From contig NC_058383.1 in assembly GCF_018350175.1 (NCBI RefSeq), forward strand, positions 3,844,001 through 3,908,000: a DNA stretch of 64,000 nucleotides. Direction: 5' to 3'. The position numbers and the translations under genes are program-made. The stretch comes from Felis catus (Eukaryota). Shown in pieces: positions 13,253 to 26,879 of this stretch; the stretch's first letter is position 1, and each line of letters starts with the position of its first letter. Under the pieces are notes generated by a model that was not told where the DNA came from, did not search any database, and was given only the letters and a program-made list of their open reading frames with translations.

Positions 13253-15689
13253 CCCAGGGTGAAGCTGGTTATTTTTTGCACGTAACAGTCTTAATCTAAG
13301 CTGACACAGCAGCTCCAGGCTCTTTTCCGTTATGTTGTCCTGTTACCCGATGTCCATTTACTTTATGGCCCATTACGGCTGCCGCAGCTCCTGCCATCAC
13401 ACTGGCATTGTGGCCAAGGGGAAAGAAAGAAGTGGCGACACTATTCCTATTCAGGGCCTAAGTCTTCACATCCCACTGACCAGCACGGTCCCTTGGTTGC
13501 AGGAGAGGCAGAGAAGTGTGCACAGCTGTCCAGCTAGTTCACCGTAAGAGCAAGAGAGGACGTGTGTCCAGGGGACTGGCTGTCGCTGTCATAGTCCGCC
13601 TTTTGACCACCCACATGCTTGTGTCCCTTCTTCCAACATAAAAACACTCATCCCCATCGTTACAGGAGGCAACCCCAAGCCCCCCTCGGTGACTGCAGCC
13701 CGTAAAATCCAGGATCTTTGGTGACAAGCGCGTCCCTCTGTCAGGGCGCTCCAGGTGGTCCTGCTGCAATGCTGAGCCCAGCAGAAGCAGGGGCAGGTGA
13801 TCCCAGCTCTTATTTGGGAAAGAGAAGAGCAGGAAACCCACTCACTGGTCACGGACGTTCTCCAAGCCTGTGCCCCACAGGGCCCATCCCTCCATCTGCA
13901 TTCTGGAAGGATCTCTGCCCACTAGCCTCCCTGGCCTCGTCTGCAGCGGGCCCGGGAGCTGATGCGCTTCCTAGTGGCCCGTCCCACCTGATGCAGGGCG
14001 GGGTGGGAAGGTCACACCTTGCCGACCGGGTTTGTGGCTTGTTGGGCTGCAGTTTCCGCAGAAGCCCGGTAGGCGCCCCGGCTGCTTGCTCAGGGTCCTG
14101 TCCGCGTCCAGGAACCACGGCAGGGGTCTCCGGTGCCAGGTTTCATCCTGGAAAATGGGTCTTTCAGTTACTGGTATCAGGCGTGGGCCTATCTGCTCCA
14201 TCCCGGGGCCCCCGAAGCTCGAGGCTCAGCAGCCTGGTTCCCCATTCTCTAGCCCGGTGAGAAAGCCTGGGCCCTTCCCAGTGCTGCAGCCCGTACGTTG
14301 GGCGTCCCCGTGGACACCGACACTGCACATCCCCACATGTCCGGTCACGGTGGCAGGCTCCGTCGCACGGGGCCCGCTGTCCGCTGCCGCGGGGGAAGGT
14401 GCACAGCCTCCAGCTTCTGACATTCATGTCCTCACTTCCTGCTGGTGAAACAGCGCCTGTGTTTGGAATTAAACTTGGGGCCGTCCCCAGCTGCCTTGCA
14501 GCAAGCTCTGGGTTCCGTGATGGCCGGGAAGCAAGGTGTGGTTCGAAGGCCACGGTCTGTGTTGTGGGATCCGGAGCCTTCCTCCCCGTAGCTTCCTGAA
14601 AGGGCTTCTCTGAGGAGTGGGTCTTGTCCAGATGTGAACCTCCCGGCCTGAACCACCAGTTTTCTTTGTCTTTTCGGGAGGTGACTTCCTGTCTCATCCA
14701 GCCTTACTTCCCAAGATTTATTTTCTGTGTACGTCTGGTTGTCCAGGAGGTGCCTTTTGGGGCCCTCAGCCCTTGGGCAGCTGGGAGACACAGGTGGTCT
14801 GCCTTCCCCCCTGCTCCTGAGTTATCTGCTTCCTCTGGGCCCCCCAGTTGTCTGGTCCCGGGCTTCCTGTTGCAGATGCTTCCCAGATGTCTGTCCTTCC
14901 CTGTCCACGTTTAGAGCGAGGTGCTCACGCTGACCGCTGACCACTGCCGCGAGTGCCGGGTTGGTCGGCTGGCAGGTTCCTTGTCCGATGGGCTTCACGA
15001 GGGCCACAGACGCCGGGTCTGCCCCCTGTGCCATCCGCTGGGGGATGTGAGAAAGGTTGGGGGTGCCCTGGTTGGCGTGCAGAATTTCAGTCATTCATTT
15101 TCAGTGTGGGATGTCCTTGCCTGCTCGTTGTGAGATGCCCAGGAGTGTTTCTGTGGGTCACCCTCTCTGCGGGGACGCGGTGGGGCGAGAGGCGGGCCCC
15201 GGGGAGTGGGGGCAGTAACAGCTCTGGAGATGAAATCTCTATTGCCTTTAAAAAAATTAAAAAAAAAACAAACCTTTTCTGGAAGCTTTCGCCTGTACTT
15301 CCTTCTCTTTCTGATTATTTCTTGGGTCTAAAATGAAGACCATGGTACTTACATTTGTATCGGTAAGGATTAAATGAGCCATTTTTATCTGCAACAATTT
15401 CCTGGCTGTTAGGGCAAGCAGTGGGATTCCCACTTAAGGCCCAGGCGGAAGTGAGGGTAAGTCAGCACCCCGGGCCCCCCAAATCACTTAGGCTCATTCG
15501 AGCTTGAGCAGCAGCAGAGCCAGACTTCCATGCTGTGATCTTTGACCTGATGCTGAATAGGGCCGCTTCCGGGGAACCAAGGCCTCACCCAGGAGCCTTT
15601 GGCATCCAGATGGCCCCAGGACCTTTGCAAGCCTGGGGCAGACCCTAAGCCTGAGGGCTCGAGGGCAAGAACATCTTTTCAGAAGAGCT

Positions 15690-15870
15690 CAAATGAGATA
15701 CAATTCACATAGCACGCAACTAACCCGCTTAAATTGTCCGGTTCAGTGGTTGTTAGTCTGGTGGGCAGCTCCTGCCATAATCAATACCACCCCTGCAAGC
15801 CAGCTTCCCCGCCCCACCCCTCCCCCCAGCCCTAGGCCGCCACCCACCCACGTTGTCTCTGTCCATCAGG
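15690..15870 (-). mobile_element. Old L1MB-like 3' end fragment, antisense
   Basis: gagatacaattcacatag...ttaaattgtccggttcagtggttgttag resembles the reverse of an L1MB terminus. Confidence 0.5.
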
Positions 15871-18752
15871 ACAAGGATGCTATGGGGAGATCTGAGGGGC
15901 TGGCCCTCCCAGGTAGGCGCTTCCCTGGCAGAGCTGTGCTGCAGGCCAGGGCGGTGATTTCTAGTGAGTTCTAGACACACAGGCTTACCTGCATTCGGGG
16001 TCCCGGACACTGAAGGCAGGTGTGCAGCGTATGGTTGGGGTGAGACCGAAAGGGAAACAGCTCCAAGAGAATAGCTTTAATTACAAAACATGCTCATTAA
16101 AACTCCAACTAGGGCCCTAACCCAGAATGAAAGTTTTGTAGGGAGAGAAGTAATTGGCGAACCCGGGAGCACCCTGGGGAGATGTCTGTTTAAAATTATG
16201 TAGCTTCCTGGTGTTTCTCCCAGGTAGGAGACAGTCTGCCTCGGGATAATTTTTGGAAGAGTGAGTCAGGAGCTGCTTTTGAAATAGCTGTTACAGCAAA
16301 TAATATGAAAATGTTTATTGTTAAACTCTAATTAGAAATGACTCTTCCGGTAGGAAATTGCCCTGTTTGAATCAGTTCTGGATGGTGTTCGATTTCGCTA
16401 CGAATTTGCTGACCGAAATCCCTGACCCACGAAATGTTGTGTTTTGTTTTACTGAGAAGTCCACCCGTGTGCGTGTCGTTATCTGGAATCTTTGGTTTTT
16501 GAACTGGAAAGTGCCTAAGAGATCATCTCTTCTGTTCGAAGCGTCCGCTTTTGTTAGCCAAGAACACCGAACCCCGTAGAGTTTAGGGCACTGAGCTCCC
16601 TGGAGGTGAGGTGAGGCCCTAAATCACCCTCTTCCTTCGCGTTGGCCCCCTGCGTGTCAGCCCACCACCCGACACCTCTCCTGCACCGGACCGGAAGCGG
16701 TGCCCTCCCTGGGCGCCTCCATCACCTGCTGAGACTCGCCCGCTGGTCCTGCAGTGATGTAGCCCCGGGCCAGACCCTCCCGCCCGGAGCCTGGCTTTTC
16801 CCCGGAGCCTGGTTTTCCTATTCCGGGTCCAGGGATCCCGCACCCCCAGCTCTTGTGTTCACCCGAAGCCCTGTTTCTGACATCGCCCTCTGCCTTGTGA
16901 CCTCTGTCATGGGCCAAAGCCACATCCTCCCTCTGGCTGCCTGGACGACTCTAGTACACTCTGATCTCGCTCTGATCTCCTGTTAGCGTGGGGGCTTTCG
17001 CAGCGCGGGGCACGGAACTCCGTCCGCGCGCCCTGCTGGCGGGTGGCAGCCCCTCGCTGTGAGGATGTGCAGCTGCCGAAGGAAGGGACAGGAGAGGACG
17101 GAGAAGCTGTCTGCAAACGCTCCTCATCATCGCTTCCGTTGCCAACCCTGCAGGACAGGGGTGTGCGCGTGTGGAGCCCTCGGCCACATCCCCGGTTCCA
17201 GCTCCTTCCTCCCCCCTCTGATTCGGGGACGGCGGCCCACCCTCGGGCATGAGCTGGGACGGATGTGGGCTCTGTGCCCTCAGAGGCCGACAGGCCTCCA
17301 GGTCTGGAGACACCACGGACCTCATCGTCATAGAAAAATGCGTGACGTACCTTCCTGGCCAAAATACCGACGAAGGAAACGTCTGTTGGGTTGTGGGAGA
17401 GCTAAGGGACGTGGAAGCGACATCAAACGGTTCAAACCGTGGCTTTTGCAAGGAGAAGATTACAGAATATTTTGAAATGGCCGCGGGTGGCCTTAGGCAG
17501 AACCGCGGGGGCGATGTTGACGTGACGGGACAGACCGCCCCCACCCCCACCCTGACGTGCTGGCGTTTAGACCGCATCCCCCACGATCAGCCCGGGAGTG
17601 GGAAACAGCGTCAGAATCCCCTCGTCTGGTTTTAGGTTCGGAAATACAGACCTGGCGCCTGTGGGTCAGAGCCTTGGGAGTCTGCGGCCTGGCTGCGGGG
17701 TCTCCCCCGCCTTGGCCGAGACTCCCAGCCCCTGCGCTCAGGTGTCTCTGGAAGAATGGGTCCTGGCCGGTCAGGCCGGTTTGCTGCCGGTCTCCCCGTG
17801 AGGCGCAGGCAGCTTGGCCGTCGGAGCAGATGCCTGCCTACGTAGCCGAGTCGTTTCACGAGAAGCCGTCCTCCCGCTGCAAGGCTCAGGAGTACCTGTG
17901 GGCTCGCAGCGGGCCGTTCACGGCCTCGCGTGGTCTCAGGACCTATGTTGACCTGTTCTTAAATCTCGCTTTTTAAAAACTACTTGACTGAGAGGAAAAG
18001 GGGGCGTTGGCCGCATCCATGGCAGTTTGGAGGTGTATTTGCTGGGTAAACACCGGTACCGAGTCGGAAGTACGGCAGGAGGGGGCCAGCAGCCGGCTGG
18101 CGGTGGCCCGGCACCGTTGCCCCCCGGGGCGACCCTGACCCGCGCCCGAGCTGTGACTCGCTTGGCGCGACGGGAGCGCCTTTCTGAGACTGTGGCGCGC
18201 GCGTCGGGGGTGGGAGCTCACGTGTGCCGCCTCCAGCCCCCCGCCGCACCCCCCACTTTTCCCAAAGAGCCTTTTCTAAGCCGTTGCCACCGGCGAGACT
18301 GCCGCGGGGGTGTGCGGGCAGCCTGCTCTCCTTTGGCCCTTTGGGTCTTCGCTTCTGTTTGTGACCTGTTGAGGGCCCGTCCGTCTAGAAGGCAGAGGGC
18401 GCGCTGGATGAGTGATGTCCGGATTTTAAAGGCAGACGTTTCTCGGAAGGAGGCCACCCTGGGTTCCTGTGACACACACACGTGCGGGGACACGCGGGGT
18501 TTGACTGGGACGCACGAGGCTGGGTTTGCTTGCGCGCAGTCACCTGCCCGCAGGAGATCCAGGGCCCAAAGTCCGGCCCACGGTCCCGTTTCTCCGTGAG
18601 GCTCCCGCCAGCCTGGGGAGGGGGCCCTGCCTCTTCTGTCACGCTTCGTAGCGTCTCGCAGCCGCAGCATGGGCGTCTGTGTGTCAGCTTGCCGTGTGAA
18701 CGGTGACCATGGCTTCTCAGTTTGCAGACGGGCGTCGTCTGCGAGCCAGTGA

Positions 18753-19229
<477 letters not shown>

Positions 19230-20711
19230 TGAGCGGCCTGCCCTGGCCTGTCCGCGGGCCGTGAGCCCTTGCCACGCGGTCCCCGCCACAGAACCAGGGT
19301 CCCTGCGCCCTGACAGTCTGTCTGGGAAAGAGCAAGGTGACGCGGGTCACCCAGGTCTCCTACAGCATCCTGTGTCTCTCTGGAAAGCGGGGCGTGGATG
19401 GAAATTTTGAAAGTATTTTAAGTGCGTCCAAGGGACCTGACTCCTCACAGAACCCTCTGGAGAATTCTCTCGTCTGGTGAGGGAGGAGTCACTGCCTCTT
19501 GACTCACTCTTTCAGGCGGCAGCCGTGTGGACTCGGGGCTTGCGTGAAAACAGGCACAGGTGTGAGTTCTTTAAAGACTGAAAACGTTGCGAAGTCGCCT
19601 GTGCGTACCAGGATTGGAACTTTGTGTTTCTCAATTTTATTGGTGAGGTTTCAGGATTCTCGTCCTTGGCGCGGCGCACAGAGGACCCTCGGGGGGAGGC
19701 CGTGGGGGATCACGCACAGGGGGGCGGGTTGGGCTCTCGACTCCCCGTGCCACTCAGGTCCTGCCCTCTGCTGTGTCGTCGCAAAGCCCAGTGAAAGACG
19801 TGTCTGAGGGTCACCGTTTAACACAGGTTGAATGAAGTACTTTGCTGCTTCATTAGGGACATTTTCAGCGAAACTCGCTTTCTTTTTCTTCTTCGCTGCG
19901 TGTGTGGCCCCAGGGGTGCAGTGACCCCCGTGTCCTCGGTGCCGTGCCTCGGCTCCCGCACCGGTACCTTCCCCTGCGGCTGCCGCCTCGGTGACTGTGT
20001 CAGCCCTGGGAGAGGCAGGTTGTGGCTTCGTCTTGCCGCGAAGATGGTTTTGCTTTCACGGGCCTCCCGGCGGGGTCTCGGATCCTCAGGGGTGCCTCTG
20101 AGCCACGCTTTGCAAACCGCCACGGCACGGGCGGGCGCTCTGCCGTCCCGGCAGCCTTCCCTCACCACGCAGCCACACTCTGGGGGGCCTGGGTTCTGGA
20201 GCCGTGTGCCACTCGGCCTTCGTGTAAGAATCATGCCCCTCTCGCGCCTTCTGTCTTCCTGCTGGGACGTGTCGGTCGTAAGCTGGGAACCGTTTGCACT
20301 GAGCTGGCGTCGAGTGCGTTGCCTGCAGGGCCAGCTAGCAGGTGTGTCTTTCTCTTACAGAGAGGATGGTAGGGGCAGCGTTGAACCTGGCCTGGCCTAG
20401 AACCCAAGGCTGGGACCTGAGTTCTGCTTCTGGCCATGTATCCAGTCAGCGGGAGCAGCGGGAGGGGGGAGTCGCTGAGGCCAGATCTGCAGGCTCGGGA
20501 GAACCACGTGTGTGTCGGGTCCTGTGTTTAGCTCCGTCCACACCTGCCCCGTCTCAGCCTCGTCCTGCAGCTCTACAAGGAGGCTGCCTCTTCTTCCTCT
20601 CCTTCCAGCTTTCTAGAATGGCCCTATGGCCCCGTTCTAAAACCCACCATTGAGCGCGTGATCTCGTTGCTCTTTCAGACAGCTCACTTGAATTTAACCT
20701 AGAACGTGGGC

Positions 20712-20949
20712 TTTTTTTCTTTAAAGTTGTTTTATTTTTGGGAGAGAGAGAGAGTGTATGAGCAGGGGAGGGGCAGAGAGAGAGGGAGAAAGAGAGAAAG
20801 TGAGACAGCCAACGGGGGAGGACAGAGGATCCAAAGCGGGCTCTGTGCTGACAGCAGCGAGCCCGATGTGAGGCTTGAACTTTCGGACCGTGAGGTCATG
20901 ACCTGATCCGAAGTCGGACACTTAACTGACTGAGCCCCCCGGGCGCCCC
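20712..20949 (-). mobile_element. Can-SINE
   Basis: Reverse head ...gggcgcccc; degenerate TSD tagaacgtgggc / tagaatgtgagt. Confidence 0.94.
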
Positions 20950-21039
20950 TAGAATGTGAGTTTTATGCTCCCACTACGAAAACGTTCCTACGCTTGCTCG
21001 TACGTGTGTAGTTCATACCGAGATTTGAAAAGGTCACGG

Positions 21040-21540
21040 GCCGTGAAGTGACGTGGCCACTTTGGGAAACAGACTGGCTCCGCCTCACAACGTACCACGT
21101 GACCCGGCGACTCGGTGGAGCGTGAGGTCCGGGCAGACACTGCACACGAGGGCTCAGGGCACCGTGAGTCATAATAGCCCCAACGGGAAGACGACGCAGC
21201 TGTCTGTCAGCTACGGAGTGGACAAGTACAACGAGGAGGGTCCTTACCGCGGAGCGTTGCTTGGCCGCAAACAAGGAGCGAAGGACCGATAGGCTGGTAT
21301 GACGCGGGTGGCCCGCGAAAACAGGCAGATGCAACATTGGCAGGAGACGTCTGGCACGGACGGATCTGGAGAAAACGGGGGGCTGCCGGGGGCCTGCCAC
21401 CCGTCCCGGGGGTCCTTTGTGGGGTGACAGAGGTGCTTTGGAATCGGAGAAAGGTGAGGATTGCGCAGCGTGGGAACAGCGCCGCAAACCACTGAATTGT
21501 ACGCTCCGGACGGGTGAATTACGTCTCCCTGACGCTGATA
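21040..21540 (+). mobile_element. Ancient L1MB-like 3' end, strongly GC-shifted
   Basis: cataatagccc..., ggggtcctttgtggggtgacagaggtgctttggaat, accactgaattgtacgctcc...gggtgaatt follow the order of the L1MB 3' motifs. Confidence 0.65.
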
Positions 21541-24500
21541 CGGGGACGTGACACGGGCTGACACCTCCACCCAGCTGCCCCTGACGCAGCAGTGGGCACG
21601 GCGGCCGAGGGTGTTTCGCGCCCACGCTGCTGGCAGCTGAAGGCTGGTCCCGCCGTGGGGTCGGGCCGCGGAGGGCCTTGGGCGTCCGGCAAAACCAGAG
21701 CAGGCGGTGGGCGTGGGGTTGTTGATAATCGGTTCATAAGCCAGCCAAATGGATGCTTTCGAAGGAAGAAAAATGTGCTGGTTTGTACCTGGAGGGCTTC
21801 AGAAAATAGATGTATTTTCCAGTAGCGTTCCACATGAACGCAGTAGCCACCCGGGGAAGCTGTTCAAACCCGTGCACTGACTTTGCTTCTGTGTCAGAAG
21901 GGAGGTGGTCCCTCCCGGAGCAGTGGAGCGGTTAAGACAGGCTCCTGAGGGGCCGGTCCTGGGCTGGGCCCCGGTGGCTGTGTCCCCACCCCCCAGGAGA
22001 GACTGCTTCTCTTTTTCATCTGGCAGGATATTTGGGGGAGAAAGTAGTCACTTTGGGACTGGCCCTCTCCGTTTTTGGCCTATGAAGTATCACACAAAGG
22101 ATTTCTGTTTACATTCATTTATCTCAGCGCCGCGGAATCCAATGGAGTGTTTAGAAACCTTGGGGCCCTTGTGGTTTTGCTAGCCAAGATCCTGTTCAAC
22201 TTTGGCCAGTGCCGGGGTGGAGCCTCATGTTTACAAACACCAGCCACCCTTCCCCTCCTCCCTGGGACGCCCCCTCCCTGCAGCTGCGGGGGGGGGGGTG
22301 AGGGGGAGGGGACGAGGCTGGGGGCTGTCAGCCTGGGGCCCCGAGTGAGCAGCCCCCCCCCTCCCCCGTCCCTCCTGACAGCACAGCGGGAGGAGAGGTT
22401 CCTCTTCTCCTAGTTTGGTGTGCCTGTGTCCCGCTCGCGCCATTGGCCTGTGTGCCTGGATCCCCGCCCGCCCGGGCCGCCTGGGGGCCTCTGTTTGGGT
22501 TGCTTTCCTCCCTGGACCTGGTTTTCCAGCACCCTGCCCAGCCAGAGCCCCTGTCTCCTCCAGGGTTTTCCGAGTGGAGTGGCGAGAGGCAGTCCCTGTA
22601 GGAACGTTCTCGATTCTTGCTAATAAACAGCCCCCGCCCCGCCCTCTGGACCCCGCCTGCCTTCCTTTCTGTTTGGCCTTTTTCTGCTTCCCTCCCCACC
22701 CCCCTGCTGGCTAGGGGGTGTGGTGCGCCTGTGGTTGGGTTTTTGCTTTGTTTTTGGGCGTTTGTTTGTGTTGTGTGGGGTGGCTTTTTTTTTTTTTTTT
22801 TGTGCTGATGTACTCCACCCAGAAAATGAATGAAGCTCTTTGAAATAAATTCTGCTGTCTTCAGCAACATTTTATTGACTTTTTTTTCTGCTTTGCAAAG
22901 AAGTGGTGTTTTCAGGAGAAATTGGTTAATCATTTTCTGGGTTTTACGAAGCGAGAGACCAATCTAAAAAAGGCTCTCAGAGTTGAGTTTTGGGGAACGT
23001 GCCCACCAGAAGCCAGAGAAAAGGCAGCGCAGGAGGAGAGGGGCTAGTCTTCGCCGAGAGCCGGCCTCAGGAGCTGTCCCTTTAAGAAGGCGCTTCTTGA
23101 ACTTTTTCAAGGTCGAGACGGAAACCAGAGCAGTTTGTTTTGCGGAGTCTGGTGGAGTCTGCGCTGCTGCTTTCAGAACGAAACCACCTTTAACCGTGGT
23201 CTTCGATCGCCAGTCCACCTCGTCACTGGATAGAGCTCGGCCGCTCTCCGTCCCCGGCAGAGAGGCAGACTCGGGCCCTTCCTTGGGGTGACGTTTCCTG
23301 CGTCAGGGTCACAGTCGGTCACGGCTTGTCGCCACAGCCTTTGCACGTGCTCCGGCACGACCTGCGGATGAGTGTGGCTCTCCACTCAGGCCAGCAGGGA
23401 TCCCGGCCCGCCGGTCGGGGAGCCCTGTCCTCTGTGGCCCATCTGGAGGCCACTTGACCTCCGAGCACCTGTACCTGTGGACCTCACACCCCCACCTTTC
23501 CCTGTCTGAAAACTCCAGGGAAATAAAACCGGTTCATCCACACAGAAAGGTGGGCCCTCCCCGTACTTTATGTTTTCCCTCTTGCCGAAATCCGGGCCAG
23601 GGTGTGTTTGGGCTCCAACATGTCGAGAGAAAGTTCTTGTCTTTCCCAGGGTGGCCGTTTCCCGGTTCTCGGGGGGGGGGCCCTTTGAAGGTTCACATTA
23701 ATCCCGGCCCCAGCCGGCTGTGTGCATAAAGGCTGGCTGTGTGCATAAGGGCCGTGTGCATAAGCGCCTGCTGCGCTGCTGCTCCCGCAGGCACGTGACC
23801 TGGGGACAGGGCCCTGCCCAGGCCTCACATGCTGGGAAGCAGGAAGCGGGAAGGACCTGGAGGCCTGGAGCTGAGGGGGACGTGGGGGTGGCCTCCCTGC
23901 AAGGTCCGCTCGAACCGGGCCGCCCCTGGGACGTGCACACCTGGTTAAGTCCCGGCCGAGGAGCAACTCAAGCCGGTTCGCTGACTGGGCACCAGGGCAA
24001 AACGCACCGCAGAAACCAGGCGGGCCCTTGAAGTCGCCTCCCAGGACTTCACAGCGTTGCGTTTACCTTAATGGCTGAGACAGGTCTCAGAAGCTGGCCT
24101 CTGTGGATTTTCTTCGCCGGTTCTTTCGCTTCTTGCAGATCACGGCAATGCCGTGTAAGCGTCACGCGGAGCTCAGACATCTCAGGGAGCGCAGCTTCCC
24201 CGCACCGGCGCTCCCAGGACGGGGGCGCGGCGTGCACCTGCTCCAGACGGTCTCATGGGGGCTGCTGTCGGTCTCACGGGGGCTGCTGTCGGTCGGTCCT
24301 CCCCACGAAGGCCCCGTGCGGCCCAGTGTCCTCCGCGCGACCTTTTCCCCTCTCGCGCCGGGTCTTGGGAGCCTTTCCGCGTCGCCACGCCGCCGTGGCC
24401 GCACGACTGTTTTGTGAGTTCCCTCCTGGGCGGCATCCGAGCCCTTTCCGGTGTCCTCCTCTCAGGGGCCGCACCGCAGTGGTCTCGCGTTCCGAGTCAT

Positions 24501-24566
24501 CTGCGCATCTTACGCTGAGGCAGTGACTTTCTCAGATTTGGTTATTTTGTTTAAGGTACGCTGTTC

Positions 24567-24954
24567 GGGGTGCCTGGGGGGCTCAGTTGGTTGAGCATCT
24601 GACTTTTTTTTTTATGTTTATTCATTTCTGAGAGGGTGGGGGAGGGTGGGGCAGAGGGATGGAACCCCAAGCAGGCTCCACACTGTCGGCACGGAGTCTG
24701 ATGCAGGACTCGAACTCGTGAACCGGAGCCGAAGTCAGACGCTTCCCTGACTCAGTCGTCCAGTGCCCCGGTTGAGCATCTGACTCTTGATTTCAGCTCA
24801 GGTCATGATCCCAGGGTCGTGAGATCGAGCCCCACGTCAGGCCCCGTGCTGAGCGTGGAACCTGCCTAAGATTCCCTCTCTGCCTCTCTCTCTGCTCCTC
24901 TCCTGCTTGAGTGCACACCATCTCTCTCTCTAAAAAAAAAAGTGAAATAAAATA
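24567..24954 (+). mobile_element. Older Can-SINE, split by a nested antisense SINE
   Basis: Head at 24567-24604 resumes at 24786 (cttgatttcagctcaggtcatgatc...). Confidence 0.9.
24605..24769 (-). mobile_element. Can-SINE inserted into another SINE, 16-bp TSD
   Basis: ggttgagcatctgact at 24589-24604 and 24770-24785. Confidence 0.92.
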
Positions 24955-26879
24955 GGCTCTTTAAGAGTCACGAGCCACGAGATTTTAAGAACAGTAATGA
25001 AAACAGGAACTGTTACCGACGCTCACGCCAGGCGTCTGAGGGCTGGACGCGCGTCTGCCCTTCGTGTCCACCATGACGCTGGGAGACCCAGGCGCTGCCG
25101 TCCCCGCTCACCGATCGGAAACCGAGGCCCAGCAGACTGTGTACGGCGGGCGAGCATGGTGTTTGGCTGGTGCCCGCAGGGATGGTGCCGGCACTAACTG
25201 GTTTCCGTTAAGCTTTCAAAAAGCCGGTTTTTATCCGGGGAGGACTTGAGGTGGCAGACGAGCTGAAGCGTTCCGCACGTGGTGACAGGAGCACTGGCCT
25301 GGCCTGGCCCACCGCGGTGGCACCGTCGTGGCCGTCCTGCCCCCACCCCGAGCGCCCTGCCGGTTTGCTTACCTCTGCGTGGTCCGCGACGCGGCTCTCT
25401 TGGCTTCTCGGGTTTCGGCGTGTGCCGCGTTGACCTCCTAGCTGGAAATCGGGGTTCTGTCGTGCCTGCCCGCCCCGTGCTCCCGAGAAGATGACACCAG
25501 GGCTGTGGGTGCAGTGGGCAGCGGTGCTTTCCGAGTGGGCCGGTGGCGGCTCCAGCCCCCACCGTGCCCTGTCTGGGCGTTGGCGGTTCTGCCGGGAGTT
25601 TGTGTCTGGTGCTGTCTCCACGTCCCTGTGCCCAGCACGGCCACCCTCTGCCCCGCGCGGCCCTCACACCTGCCGGGTTGTTCCTCGGGAGCCCGGGCTC
25701 CCTCCGCCTGGACCCAGCCTGGGGCACCTCTGACCTTGACTCCCTGTGCCCAGCAGTTCTCCCCAACCTGCTCCTTGGTTTTAGTGGAGAACGTCCCCCG
25801 GTTGCTTCCTGGGAAGGGGTACAGGACAAGTAAATGTAGGAAATCATCGTTTTTCTTGGTTGCGCTACGTGGAGAATTCTCAGTGGGACACATTCTTCCC
25901 TCGGAATTTAAAGTCATTTTCTGGCCTTGAGTGTCGCTGTTAACGAGTCCGGTGCCCCTCTGGATGCTGACCCTTTTAGACCTGACGTTTGCCCTCTGAG
26001 CGCAAGAGTCCCTGGGTCCGTGACGACCTTACTGTTTCCAGGGGGCCTCCGCTTGTGTCCTTACCCCCTCTCCCGCCTCTCCCGCCAGCTTCCTGGAAGG
26101 CTCTCCCCTCCCATCCTTTATTGAACTTCCTTTTATCCTCTTTTTAAGATTTTAAGAGCGTTTCCTTGCCCCTCGAAAGTGCCTTAGCAGCCTTCCCACC
26201 ACTCGTAAATGCGGTCTGTGCCTTTCTGGGGATGAGGTCAAGGCCACACTCCACATCCTTCCATGTGCGGACATCCTGGGCTGACCTCCTGTCCGATTGG
26301 TCTTTCTCAGCTTGAATTCTTATCGCCACAGTAAGATGTATTTTCCCATCAGGCTGTTCCTTCTTTTCCAGTATTTGTAAACATAGGACGCAGTGTCACC
26401 GGCAGCTGTGACCTGCGTGGTCACAGAGGTCCCGTTCCAGGCCTGGGCTGTCAGAGCCAGTCTGGGTTTGCCCTGGCGAGACAGTGGCCCCAGTCCAGGG
26501 TGGCCGCCACTCAGCACCTTAAGTCTCTCTCGCCTGAGACAAAAATGTGACTCGGGAGCACTTTTCCCATAAGAGGGGGGTCGATGAGCAGTGGACTGAA
26601 ATGGACGTTCAGCTTCATTTCCACCTTTAATCTCGGGACCAACAGACACTTGTTTTACGTGACGCCTGGTAGGTCACGGCTGCTGGGACTCCGCTGCTGC
26701 TCTCTGGTGCTCAAATTCAGATGTCCCAGGTTCCTGGGCAGTTGGGGACACCCCCCCACCCCACCAAGGGAGCAGTTCTTTGCTGAAGTCTGGCATCCGA
26801 GGAGGGCCCCACCGTGTCCTCTCTGTCCCGTCCCCTCTAGAGATACACAAGTGTGTTTATACTTTAAGAACTTTTTCCA

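Noticed and set aside
12971..13285. SLSLSL and ERERER ORFs
   Set aside because: Translations of SINE (CT)n tracts.
24248..24294. 21-bp tandem duplication (also short repeats at ~23720-23765 and ~39398-39443)
   Set aside because: Ordinary two- or three-copy slippage duplications with no spacer structure; not CRISPR-like.
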